A stretch of 64,000 nt of DNA, taken from Chrysomallon squamiferum. Taxonomy: Eukaryota; Animalia; Mollusca. Below, piece after piece: positions 50,472 through 64,000 of this stretch (positions are counted from its first letter, which is position 1; each line of letters opens with the position of its first letter). The notes below the pieces were generated by a model. The model was not told the DNA's origin, did no database searches, and saw only the letters and a list, made by a program, of their open reading frames with translations. Position numbers and translations under genes: made by a program. The stretch covers positions 3,286,001-3,350,000 of the forward strand of contig CM022679.1 of the NCBI GenBank assembly GCA_012295275.1. Reading direction: 5' to 3'.

Positions 50472-52236
50472 CACAAAGAACAACAGAAAACAGCCACGGT
50501 GATAATTTAATAATTTATCAATTATTTATTTATTTTGCACCAAAGTCATGACAGATGTTTACGTTCTTGTCGTGTTTGTTTACTATTTTCTAATACTGCG
50601 TGACATGAATACATTTATCTCTGTTTATTCTCTCTCTATTTCACTGATATCTATATCTACAAAATGTGTTTCAGCACTTTTATGTTAATGCTATTTTTCA
50701 TATAACGTACAAAAAGTGTGCTTTAAATTATTAATATTTACCTCAATACAAGATATTACTGCGATACTCTGATTATCTCTTAAAATGTTTTGAAATTATT
50801 GACTGATTAAATTTAATGAATAATTTGAAAATTACCGAGAAGGTAAATTTCTGTAAAAAGAGATAATAATAATAATAAAAAGGTAAGTCTTCTTCATAGA
50901 AGATAATGAGAGATAAATATTTGTAAGCTTGTAAATAATATTTGTAACAAAATTTAAAATACAATGTCCTAGTTTTTTCTTATAATTATTATCATTAACA
51001 CGTCTTGAGTGGCTCAAGAAAGGGAGAAGCTACATAAGTGAATCAAAATTATCCCAACGACTTTTGCTCCTTTGAAGATAGCTAAACGCTTTAATATCAG
51101 TATATGAAATCGACAAAATTCTATTTAATACAAATTTATCATCCGTTATTTAAATCTTCTGACAAGAAAAGCTTTACTCTAATTTGAACGTACAGATACT
51201 TTTTGTCTTTTGCTCTCATAGTAGAAAGACGTTTATATTAATGCTGAAGTTAATAACAAACGCAAATTTTTAAAACATTTTATTTTCTTTTAATTCTGAG
51301 AAATAGTATCTGTTTTTCGGTATTTGACGCGAAAAATATATTTAATATTTTAGTTCTTGTTAGAGCCTTTATTTGTGGCATAGCCTAATTTTATACATTC
51401 TATACTGCAACTTTCAATTTACGGTTTATCAAACATTTCACCATTATCTTTCCTTTACAAAATCACATAATAATAATAATAATATTATAAGTAATAATTT
51501 TGTCGATAGCTCTTTTTCTTTTAAATAGACGATTATAATAATTTGTTATTCACTAAAACATGTAGCACACAATGAAACAAAAGTGAATAAGTGCCACTGA
51601 TTCCAGAAAGAAAATGAAGTTTCAATTTCTGCTGGGTATTACTCTAGCAAAGTGAAATAAATTTCAGAAAAAAAGAAAAAAAGAAAAAGTTCTTTATCTC
51701 TGTGCTCTAACTAAGATTATTATCCAAGTAATTCTTTTACTCATTCGAGTTTTAAGTAACATTTATCGTAGATGAAGAAGAATGACGTTTCGACCAATAA
51801 GTGGACGATCAGGGTTTGTATTCCAAGACCGATGATCTGTGATTTTCTGTGATAATGAATTGTTCGTTTATAGCATTATACAAATCTAAATTGCGAAAAA
51901 CATTAAAAAAACAACAACCCCAAAACATATGCTTTTGGATATAACGTTCAATTCGCTGTAGCAAATAAATAATATTGCAAAATATTGGCATCCGTAATCT
52001 TATATTGAAAAAGTAATAAAATTTGAAATGAAGTAAATAAATTTCAGAAGTCTTGTGTTTTTTTTGTGTTTTTTTTCTCCTGTGTGTGGAATATATTCAT
52101 GAAACGTATATAATTATTCGAAATGACACAGACAGTTTATAAAATGTAGTTATATGATACATTATACACATATTGATTTTGATTTCAGCACAAGAATTAT
52201 TATTTATTTATTTGTTATAGCTTTCAGTGTTTCAAA

Positions 52237-55200
52237 ATGTTCTGGCTAGCAATCTCAATGTTATCGTATTTAGCGCTCATAAATTTCTCGGCTGAAGGTA
52301 AAGCTATAAAATTATACTTACGTGCACATCTAATACACACACACACACACACATGTATACATACATACGTTCTTATTAAACTGTAATATCGTTTCACTTC
52401 TCTGAATTATCTTTACGGACCAAAATCTTCAAATCATTGTTGTCGATTAAAATAAAACATTTAAAAAAATGTTACGTTTTCTATTTTTTAATGTGGTTTG
52501 AAATTTTAATGTCAGCTTTCTCAGATTTTCTTTTCTTCTTCTTTAGAGTCTTTTAGGATTGTTTGCTATTACACAAACTGGTCTCAGTTCAGACACGGAG
52601 AAGCAAAGTTCGTCCCGGAAAACATAGATCCTTCGTTGTGCACTCATTTCGTTTACGCATTTGCGGGTCTGAATATCGTCGCTGAAACGACGAAAGGTGA
52701 GAAATAGAGAAAAGTTAAACTTTTTAAACTATTTTACTTATTCAGTATTCTCAGAATAGGTTATTAAGGTGGATCTTACATACAACAGTAGATTGCGAAA
52801 GATAACCTTCGACTTCATTCCTTTTTTTTATATTCTGCAGAAAACATTTTTGGCTAAATGTTTCATATAAGATCATTTCATAGTGACGTAATCAACAAGG
52901 TCAAATTTAAGGTCAAATTCCCGGACAAAGTGGTAGTCAAAATGTCCCCACACTTCAAGTTATACTCAGGCAACAAATCAACAATGTTTTAAGGGGACTT
53001 TTTCATTAACGGATATGACAAACTAAAGTCTTATAAGATTTCTTTGATAAAAGAATGTTTCTCTGAGATGGAGTACTTGGTTGGTTGTACTATTCATACC
53101 AACAAAATTGTAAAATATAATCTGTATCGGGATCAGTATTTTATTTATTACCAATAAGACATACGCAGACACACACATTCACACTTGTACATGTAAAGTT
53201 TAGTATTACTGTGCCTCACTTAATCCTAATGGGTTTCCTTTTTTTCAGTTGAATTGAAAGCTACAGAATGGAATGACGAATCTACTGGAGATTTTGTGGG
53301 AATGTAGGTTACATGATATATGTAACGTTTATTTTGTTAGATGTTACTTGATTTCAAAATATGATAAAGAAAAACAAAAATTAATTCAGTGTAAATTGTT
53401 AAAATAATATCCAAATAATAGGTTGTTTAGTAGCTCAGATATCAACGAACCAAATTATATTCCAACTTCAAATGTTGAAATAGAATTTGTAAAATTATGT
53501 AAAAGGAATACGATCGACATAGAATATTTAGAATAAAATCGTTGTCAGATTTTGAAGCAGTTTCTTTAGTCGTTTCTAAAGAATGATGATAATGCAGATT
53601 TTGTATTCATTCGTTTCTGCCAGTATTTAAATGATTTATAAATTATATCTCATTTTCGTGAAGAGCAAATGCAGAAACATTTCAAGAGAAAAAGTGCTAC
53701 ATTTCCATTGAAAAAGCGTTGAAATGTAGACTTCTTTAGAATATGAAAACTAGGAAAGCTCCCCAAAAAATCTGAAGGAAGATATTGAAACTTTGCATTT
53801 TAAGAACTCGTACATACACACCCACTGAAAAATTCTAGATCTTAAAAATCTTTTTGTCAATAATTTTTTACTTGAAGGTATGAAAGATTTCAAAGAATTC
53901 GTCGTCGATATTCGAAAGTCAAAACGCTTCTCGCTGTTGACGGATGGGCCAAATTAACAAATTATCAACATAATATGCTTACGTCAGATGTCATGATTCA
54001 AGAGTTTTCTGACGATGCAGTCACTTTCTTGAGAAAACACAAATTCGATGGACTCGATGTGCACTGGAAATATGAAAAGGGAAGTCTATCACCAGGCACC
54101 AAGGGTTTAGTTTCTAGGATTTTTCAGGTATCGCAAAACTCACATTTACGTCTCGTGTCTTTAAATACTTTCTTTAGTCAGTCTCACTTATGTTCTAAAG
54201 AATTAAGTTGAAAATAATTATTTTCATCTTATACATCACTGACTGCTTCATTTCACATCATCGCGAATTAATCATTCATTGCTTTTGTAGAACTTGTTGA
54301 CGACGTTTAATACAGAAGCAAAGAGAATGAAAAGACCTAGACTCTTGTTGATTTTATCTGCAGATGCGACGTCCATTTTTTACCTGTCGTTAATTGATGG
54401 AATACATTCTATATGCAGGTTGTATATGGAACTAATTTGATTATGAAAAAGAAACCTTCCGTAATATAAAAATGTCCCTCAGTGAATAAATAAATGAATA
54501 TTAGTTCAATTGCCTATGAATATATTTTGAGATATCAATATATTTTAAATATTAGAATGAAGAAATATAATTGTAACCCGTGGTAGATAATTGTTAAATC
54601 GATGAACATTTTTGATATGCGCTTGTTTCATTAATATGCTTATAAAGAAAACAAAACAGAACAGACTAACAAAACAACCTTTATTTTCTGAAGCTATTAT
54701 TTTAATGAGGTTTTGCACATTTCAGATATATTGATTTCTTTAATGTCATTACGCATGTCTTTGATGGTCCATGGAATAATTTTACAGGACACTTCAATCC
54801 ATTTTTTGAAAAGAATAATTCTGTCGCAAATAGTACTGTGAGTTTATGTTTTTATTATGAAGAAAAACCCACACAATAGTATTATTAACATTCTTTCATT
54901 AGAAAGATAACAGGTCTGCCATGGTTTAAATTTATTAGTTCCACTTTTATATAGTCCATTGATAGTTTTGTAATTTTAAAAAATAATTATAACGTGCATT
55001 TTTTGTTTTGTTTCTTTCATTCTTCTTCTTCTTCTTCTTTTTTTTTCTTCTTCTTCTTCTTTTTCTTCTTATTATTATATGTATCTTCTTTTTGAATTCT
55101 TTTTGTGCTTGTTTAATTATTTGATCTTTCGCCAGGATTATGTATGTCCTAAAGAAAAGTTTAATCTGGGTTTAGGATTCTTTGGTCGGTCATTCACTCT

Positions 55201-56646
55201 CACATTAGAAAAGGTTGGTGTAAAGGAGCCGGATTCTCCTGGAATACGTGGTTTCTACACACGAAGTGATGGATTTCTGGCACATTACGAGGTGAACGAT
55301 ACACAAGTTTGTAAAACGATAAATCTTATCTGCTTATAAATTTAAAATTCATTCACTGATAGATTCATTTTATTTTCTAAACCTCTATTACCTATTCATT
55401 ATATGTAGTAAGAAATGTTATAAATAATATAATTTAAAAATAAATAAAATGCCCCTTTGGAATTTTATTTCCTTTTATTATTACTTCCTTTCCATTACTT
55501 TCATTTCACTTTCTTTTTTTTTTTTTTTTTTTTTTTGTGAGATATAATTATTGAAAAATTATGTTATTAATGTGGGTTTGTTTTCATGAAGATATAATTT
55601 ACATTGGTGTGCTAAATTACTTAGGTATGTAAAATGAAGAGTAAATCCACGAAGGAGATGTACATGAAAGATAACAAAATTTTCTACATAATTCATGGAA
55701 ATCAGTGGGTAGCATACGAAAAGGACAAAAGTATCAGAACTAAGGTAGGTTTCACACATACATCAACAAACACAGACGCAGTTACCTACATATAAATATA
55801 TATGTAGTTTCCATTGTCGAATGGTACCATACTTTCGCTTTTCTGAAGCATTTCCGAGGTGTAGAAGTCTAGAGATACATACATACATGCATAGATACAT
55901 ACATTGATATAATTACAGGTATGCTACACAAAACAGTTTGGGTTTGGAGGAGTTATGATCTGGGCTCTAGATCTCGATGACTTTAATGGAGAGTTTTGTG
56001 GAAAAGGAAAATGGCCGCTGTTAAAGGCTGTTAAAAGTCAGACTGAAGGAAGACCTCCATGTGAACCAATGACTAAGTACGTGCTTAGTTCATTAAAGAG
56101 GTTGTCATATTTTGGAGCACCTTTTTGAATGCAGTCTTCTATTGTGATAAATTGTACTTGAAAGTGAATTCCAGTAGATATTTTGCGATTACTTTATTTA
56201 TGCAGTTTATTATATTTAATGCTATTCACGATATATTAGAGATAAAAGTTTGGCTAATAAAACTATTTCACACGTTGATAAAATCAGTTAAATGTAAGGC
56301 AATAAAACTAACAATACTGGAAAACAACATTTTCACAGAATTTATGTCTTAAATATAATTAACATAATATCAATTGAGATATTGTTTTCATTGTAGAGCT
56401 AGGAAGAAGGTTAAAAGAGAAACAGGTATTTATTTGTTAAAAACATATAATAATAGAAAGAAATTAGCAAACGATGAAAACACAGGAACAAACATTAATA
56501 AATAAATAAAGAAATAATGTATTAAATATGGTTATGATAATACTAATTGAGATACTGTTTTCGTTGCAGACCTAAGGAGAAGATCAAAATAACAACAGGT
56601 ACATTTTATATATCTATTTTAAGAAAAAAAAAATAATAACTTCCCT

Positions 56647-56700
<54 letters not shown>

Positions 56701-57306
56701 AAATGGAAATTCGTTACAGTCTGAGACTGACATTTAATGAAATAAGTTTTACGAGTTCATTAAACAATGGAGGGAGTACAGTGTACGTCAATGGCGAGTC
56801 ATCGGTTCGATCTTTGTTGGTGGAATTTCTCGTTCCAGCCTGCACAACTCTTCGCTGCTAATCTCAAGGAGTGAGACTTGAGATGGCTATACTAGACGTT
56901 CTCCACATTTATCTCATTGGCCCTTAACTATATATATTTGATTCCACGTAACTATAAATAGAAGGGGAAAAAAAAAAAATAATAAAAAAAAAATAACAAT
57001 AGTAATAATACACTTTAATTCTAATCTGAACAGACACTTAAAATTAGAATTTAATTTGTGGATTAAAGTCTAGACAGAGCTTTTACGAGGAAGAAATAAA
57101 ATGTTGTCACATTTTCTTACATGGCGTTAGATATAAGTTAAAGATACACAGTTATGAAAAGCACTGCTTCTACTTCATGTGCTGCACTAATCAGTTTTGT
57201 AGAGAAATCAATCAAGTTCAGTCATTTTACCTGATAACACTACTACTGGTAGTAGTAGTAGTAGTAATTTAAATAATAATTTTAATAATAATAATATCAT
57301 TATTTT

Positions 57307-57389
<83 letters not shown>

Positions 57390-57468
57390 TTACTACTACT
57401 ACCACTACTACTACTATTATCACTATTATTATTTTTCAGAAAGACCTAAGTTTCAGTGGAGGAGATGA
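52237..57468 (+). CDS. Secreted GH18 chitinase-like protein (chi-lectin, predicted inactive), copy C, ~415 aa, with two alternative micro-exons
   Basis: Exons 52237-52297 (MFWLAISMLSYLALINFSAE), 52547-52696, 53249-53303, 53878-54127 (LLAVDGW..FDGLDVHWKY), 54291-54418, 54726-54837 (IDFFNVITHVFDGPW), 55136-55291, 55625-55744, 55919-56076, micro-exon 56397-56425 and/or 56570-56598, terminal 57440-57468 (ERPKFQWRR*). If both micro-exons are used the stop is TAA at 56590-56592. Confidence 0.88.
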
Positions 57469-58232
57469 CAGATGTAAATAATAACCGAAGCACAAATACC
57501 CACAAATATTCTCCATCGGTCACTTAAAAAGAAAATTGGCCATCATTTCTTTCATAAAATGGAGTTGTCTGATTTAATGAATGTTTGCGTCGTACATAAA
57601 ATTACAATGAGGCAACCGCTTGACAACTGCGACAGAAATTCTGTTTTGTTAATCATCCGATTAAAGAGGTTTTGGTGCCATTTCCGATGTTTTAGAATAT
57701 TTTTAGTAGCAATTTTAGCACTAAAACTATATAACATAACCAACTGAAAAGAAAAATACTTGTTGAAAATCAACTATTTCTTAACTTACAATTATTTCGA
57801 GCGAATAATAACAAGTGTAAGAGTTAAACTATTACATGACAATGTAAATTATCAACAGGTTCATTATCAGCTAAGTGAAAAACGTATTCCAAATGTCATA
57901 TAATTATTTTATACAGCAGTACCTAGAAAAATATAGGAATTGCAGTTATAACCAGAGTTCGTTAAATCTATCATGAAACTAATGAAACTTTAGCTTCAGG
58001 GATCCCAATACCAGAGAGACCCAGATGCGACTTTAGTCCAGATTTCTTGAACATTTTAATCAAAATCTAAATTTATAAACTATTCTATCGGGGAGATGAA
58101 GAAAGCGAAAGATGTACTGACACGGTGGATGAGATTAAAACTGAGTAGAAACACTGTTTGTATATTAAACGTTTATGTTCGGATAGCCAACAAAAGAAAA
58201 GGTTACTAGGCCTAGTTAATAAAACCATTTTT

Positions 58233-58290
<58 letters not shown>

Positions 58291-58831
58291 CAACAACTAC
58301 AACAACAAGAACAAAAAAATATAGGATCAAGAAAAATTTCAAGTTTAAAAGATGTTAACTAACAAAAGTGTAGATCAGAATATAAAATTTAAGAAGCAGT
58401 ATTTTTCTTACATTTTCACACGACCCTGAGTATTTGGTTCCCATTTGTCTTTCATAATTTACATGGTCTAATTACATGGTCTAATAAAAATTGAAAAAAG
58501 AAAGAAATGACAGAACTGAACCATTCTATAATATACTTATTATCTTTCTGGTGTCACTTAAAATATGAACAAACACAACTATGATAAATTATCACAAGAC
58601 TCGTAATTCTGAAATCCGTGGTTTAAACAGTGATTAGCTGTAACAGCTAGGTTAAGTTAAACAAGTCATTTGCACGATCCTAGCGACTGAGTTACTGAGC
58701 TAGAAGTTCAGTAAAGAAAACATTTATAAAATGTTCAGTTGTTTTTACAGTGAACACGATGTCAAAGTAAATAAATAGTGATTAATTTGATTATTAAATG
58801 CAATCACCAAAAACAAACAAACAAACAAACA

Positions 58832-58870
<39 letters not shown>

Positions 58871-59116
58871 TAAAAATAATAATAATAATAAAATCAAAAA
58901 CCCTTTAATAAATAAATAAATAAATAAATAAATAAAATAACAAAATATGGTCAAGAAGCAAATATCATTTTCTTCTACAGAAATAATACGGTAAATATTG
59001 GTAAGGCTGGAATGTCATCCACAGCATAGTTTGTTAGTTAAACCATTTTAAATCAGAATGTTAGACTAAACGTCTTTATTTTATCTTACACTTTGCCACC
59101 AATTTAACAACAACAA

Positions 59117-59148
<32 letters not shown>

Positions 59149-61239
59149 GCGACAAAACAAAGAAAAGCAAACTAACAAAAACTAATAAAAACTCCACAAA
59201 GAACAACAGAATATAGCTACGGTGATGAAGAATAATTTATCAGTTATTAATTTATTTTGAACCGAAGTCTTCACAGATGTTTACATATTTGTCATGTTTG
59301 TTTACTATTTTCTGATATTTCGCGACATGAATAAATTTATCTGTGTTTATTCTGTCTGTATTTCATTGATATCTGTATCCACAAAATAATGCATGATTTT
59401 TCCTGCACTTTTATGTTAATGCTGTTTTTCATAAAACACCCCAAACGTGTGCTTTAAATTATTAATATATAGCTCAATACAAGATATTTCAGCGATTCTC
59501 TGATTCCCTCTTAAAATGTTTTGAAATTATTGATTGATTAAATTTAATGTATAATTTGAAAGTTACGAGAAGTTTTACTGATACAAATCACTGACTTCTT
59601 TGCTAATGCTAGAACAATATATTGAAACCACCTGAAAGGAAAAGTTCTTCTTCAAAGTCAGCTATTTCTTAACTTATGATTATCTAGAGCGAAAATAAAA
59701 GATGAATAAGAGATAAAAGAACAATTTAAACACTGTGATGCTAAAAACAAAATGGATCACTAGATATATTTCGGCATAACTGTAACACAAATGGTTATAT
59801 CAAACTGCAGAGATATCGAGGTAGCGCATGCACAGGACCCCTTTTTGAGACTAAATCATGTTTGGTTCGCACTTTTCTTCTTTTTCGAATATGGCTTCGA
59901 GGACTTACTACAGCTAATGGATAATTTATCGACTTTCTACTGTGTGCACATTATCACTTATTAATAATTGAAAACCTAAACATGCACTGAAATATTCGTC
60001 ATTTTTCATGTGACAATTATGTAATAATCAAAATATAAATAGCCTTTATTACACTTTATAGCACTTAATAACAAAATAACAGTTTACTTAATAATAACAA
60101 TAATAATAATAAACATACATACATAACATACATACATTTACATATATACATATATACATATACTGAACGAGATACAATTTAGTTAGATGATGCCGTGGAT
60201 CACTGGACAGTAATTTCCAGTAATTATTTCATACAGCAGTAACTAGGAAGATAGTGCCAATCTAGGAGTTATATTAACTGATGAGTTTCATGAAAAGAAA
60301 AAGTGTACGTTGTATTATACAATTATATAGGAGGCGACGGATCCTGAACGAAATTATATCACTCATGGAGGACTTTCATTACTCATTGTGTTTTGCTCCA
60401 CCGACTAATAATCTAACGTGAGTATATTGTAAACTAAATTTTATGTATGACTCTCCCTTTAAACCGATCCAGCAAATTAGTGATACCTCAGTTTGAGTAT
60501 AGTACCTGCTAAGGGTGCAACTAAGGGTGCAACGAAAAGGTTTTCTAGGCGTTTTGCAAATCAGTTCCAAGACATTTCCCACTTTCCTTTCCGTGGCTCG
60601 GCTACCTTCAATTTTTTTTATATCACTCTATTTACTGTATAATGTATGCCACGTCGTTCGGGGAAATTCTTTTATGTTTCTTGCACGTCGTCAAGACTTC
60701 TATGTGAAACAAGTCGTAATCCAGACCTCGACAGTACTATCTTAGATATGATGTGAAGAAATTCAAGATTAAAATTAATTTTTAGACGAATTTTCTAACA
60801 TAAAATCAAATACGATTAGATGAATATTTATGCGAAAACTGACAAAATAGGGATAAACAGCTATTTACATACGACAAAATATTTGATCAATTGGATTCAG
60901 TTATCGTTCATATTACCATTAAAATGTTGAATAATAATGACTTCAAAGTGAACGTTTTGTTTGGAACACTTTGTTCTGTTACATAACATTGTGGAATTCA
61001 GGTACGTATACAGATGACAGTATAATGATTTTTAACTGATACTAATTCTCAGATCTCTTTTGACTAAAACACTTTCTTTGTAAGAAGATGATGAATTTCT
61101 GAAAGTACGCTAATCTCAAACGGAGAACTGATCGGAAAAAGAGAACTTTCAGTTTGAAATCTTAATTTCAGTAGATTTGTGTTTCTGGGTGTACAAGTCA
61201 AATAAATATTTTATGTGTTACGTTTACGTGCTTTTACTA

Positions 61240-61911
61240 TAGTTGGCTCTGGTCTTTTGGCTTGCAGTACACCATGAATCTTTCAGTAGTTGTTAACAAG
61301 TAAGTTTATTATCTGGGAAAGCGTGAAAATATGGAACAATGTTGCATAGGAATAAACACTAAATGTTCAGGTGTTAAACTGACCATTATTCAAACCATCA
61401 TTTATGTACTTCGAGAATAAAACAAAACATAAAAACAAATAAAAAAATAAGAAAAATAAATCAATAAATAAAGTAAACTTTAACTAACTAAATAAAATAT
61501 TTCTTTTTTCGTTTTATTTATTGATGTCATTATATTGGCATATTTGTAAAGTGTTAAATGATATTTATTTAGTGCATGATTAAATGTGATAAATATAATT
61601 TTCTAAAAATATCTGAAGTCGAAAGGATACATTCCAAACCGTCCCCCACCCATTTTTGGGAAAAAAAAAGCTGTTATGACAATGAATAATTTATTAATTA
61701 TTGTCATTTATTTTCTATTTTTTTTTTTTTGTATTAATATTTATTTTTCAATTGTTTGTTTATTATTTTCTCTTGTTTTGTTCTGATTTTTTGTGACACG
61801 AATAATATGTTGTTTTGTTTATTCTTCACAATTTTCGCGGTCATTTATTCGTATCTTTTCTTGCAGCAAGATCAACTTTCAATAGATATACCGCATCAGA
61901 CGTACTGAAGG
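61240..61911 (+). other. Putative non-coding 5' exons of copy D (~61240-61299 and 61867-61911)
   Basis: Strong donors AA|GTAAGT at 61300 and GG|GTAAGA at 61912, and acceptor TTTTCTTGCAG at 61866. The second exon has a homolog upstream of copy B (~43595-43642). Confidence 0.4.
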
Positions 61912-62299
61912 GTAAGATGTTCAACTTCAAGAACATCGATTTGTGTTTATTTGTTATACTGACTTGCTAACAAAATATTATAATTCTTTGTATGTTCTTC
62001 GTTCACCGCTGTAGCACACCAAAATTACATCAACACTTTTCTATGGTTGGTGTATACAGACAAAAACGATTCCAAAGATATTTTTAATGATTAATATAGA
62101 GTCAAATACAAGATATTAAAGCGATGTGCTTAAGAAAATGTGTCTAAAGTAAATGTCGTGAGCATACCGTGAAATGTTAATAGCTATTAGAAATTAGTTA
62201 TAAAATATAGGTGTATATATATATATACACACAAACACATGTTGATGTTACATGAAGAATTATTAATTATGCCTTGTTCGTATGTTTCAGTGTTTTAAA

Positions 62300-63574
62300 A
62301 TGTGCTGGCAAGCTGTATTAGTGTTTTTCTATTTAATGCTGACAAATGTATCAGCTGAAGGTAAAACTGAGAATATTTATTACCAGCAAGCACTAACACA
62401 TACGTAGTACATGGATATATACAACAGACATCAGAAATATCTTTAAAGAAAAACTCTTCAAATAATTGTTGTTGATTAGAATCAAAACTTTTTCAATAAT
62501 GTTATGTTTTGTTTTCTTTTTTCATATTTTCTAGAATTTTAAAGAATTTTTCTTTGAAGTTTTTACTAAAAACATAATAAATTTTGACGGGGGAGGAGGG
62601 TCAATGAAATTTTATGATGAAGATTCAAAGTCGAAGGACACCGAAATAGTATAAGAAGCACTGGTTACAGGTTGCAGAGGATTTTTATTCTTTTTCTTCA
62701 GATGATCACAGGATTGTTTGCTATTATTCAAACTGGGCTCAGTTCAGACACGGCAAAGCAAAGTTCGTCCCAGAAAACATAAATCCTTCGTTTTGCACTC
62801 ATCTCGTTTACGCATCTGCGTATCTGAATGTCAACCATGAAACGCAGAAAGGTCAGAAAGAGAGAAAGATGAAAGATTTAAAACTGTTTTACTTGTTTAC
62901 TATTCACAGAAAAGTGTTAGTAAGCAGCGTCTTTACATGCAGTAAATACTAAAGTAAAGGAATGCGAAAGATGCACTTCATTCGACACGCTAACGAGAAA
63001 TAATAATACTCTAACGTTTTTCTTTTTTAAAATTTAATAATATTAAGTAGAAAACATATTTGCCTGAATTTTTCGTGCAAGGTCATTTCATGGTCATATA
63101 ATCCATAAGTCATATTTAAGGTTAAGGTAAAGATAAAAAGTTAAAGGTCACAAAAATAAAATTATAGAAAAAAAGTAATGATATTTTTGGAATACTTGTT
63201 AAAAAACACCTTGCTAGAAATACCCATTTCAGCAAATTTACAAGACTGAAAGGGCCATATCTCGGAAAACACTTGTTCTATCAAGAATTTTCTTTGAGAT
63301 CGAATTGTTGGTTGTTCTCTTCTTAATTTAACATTTTAAAATTGTTACATATACCACACAACCTGTACAGAGGAGAATGTATTACATGTAAAGAATGAAT
63401 TAATAAATAAATATTGATACTCGTATACACACACACAGACACACACACACACGCAAGTATACATATAAAATGCATTATTGCTATTTCACAAAATAATCGG
63501 ATGGATTTCATTTTTACAGTTGAAATAAAAGCTTCAGAATGGAACGACGAATCTACTGGAGATTTCATGGGAAT
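62300..63574 (+). CDS. GH18 chitinase-like protein copy D, 5' part only (gene continues past the window end)
   Basis: Exons 62300-62360 (MCWQAVLVFFYLMLTNVSAE), 62702-62851 (DDHRIVCYYSNWAQFRHGKAKFVPENINPSFCTHLVYA), 63520-63574 ([19 protein letters not shown]). Exon sizes (61/150/55) and phases match copies A and C. The catalytic exon lies outside the window. Confidence 0.85.
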
Positions 63575-64000
63575 GTAGGTTACCATAGTTACGTGACATA
63601 CATACTATTTATTTTTGTAGATATTATTTTATTTCAAAATATGATAAAATGTATTATTTGTGCAATTCTTTTGAAATATAATATTAAATTATTTTTGAAC
63701 TTATGTAAAGAGACAGCGATCGACAAAGAATATTTAGAATAAGTTTATTTTGTCGAATGTGAGAGGATCGGGTACATTTTGTCTTTATTCGTTTTTGTCA
63801 GTATTCAACGTGAATTGTAAAGTATATAAGTCGTCTTCGTGAGCCGTATATATGGAATAATGATAATTTAGAATCAAGAACGGAGAAAACATTTGACAAT
63901 AAATTTGAAGAAAAAAGATCTAAAGTTCAAATGGGATTAGAAGTGAAAGAGAAAAACTGTGTAGACTTCTTTAGTAGTTGAATGCTACCGAAAACAATAT

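Noticed and set aside
56861-56895. ATCTCAAG..CTTGAGAT hairpin followed by CTAG as a Helitron 3' end
   Set aside because: The stem is AT-rich, CTAG is followed by A rather than T, and no matching 5' TC end was identified.

Overview
AT-rich, microsatellite-dense animal genomic DNA; the repeat content looks molluscan (inference). It has no prokaryotic features, and most of the supplied ORFs are microsatellite read-throughs. The main content is a head-to-tail + strand array of four multi-exon glycoside hydrolase family 18 (GH18) chitinase-like genes: 33381-40713, 44493-49121, 52237-57468 and 62300 to beyond the window end. I could splice the three complete copies by hand into intact proteins of about 415-417 aa, each with a signal peptide. 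All three lack the catalytic DxxDxDxE motif (they read DGxDxHW[K/N]Y), share a GGW-to-DGW change and have no CBM14 domain, so they appear to be an expanding family of secreted, non-hydrolytic chi-lectins. Their tails are diversified by a duplicated 29-nt micro-exon that was lost reciprocally between paralogs, by three different stop codons in one terminal exon, and by patchwork sequence exchange between copies. Left of the array are a ~5.4-kb tandem duplication with a duplicated promoter-like module and ABCA-transporter pseudo-exons, an inverted pair of Tigger/pogo-like MITEs, and an unidentified chain of minus-strand exons. The first ~17 kb is mostly non-coding, with a probable promoter near 12.9-13.4 kb.
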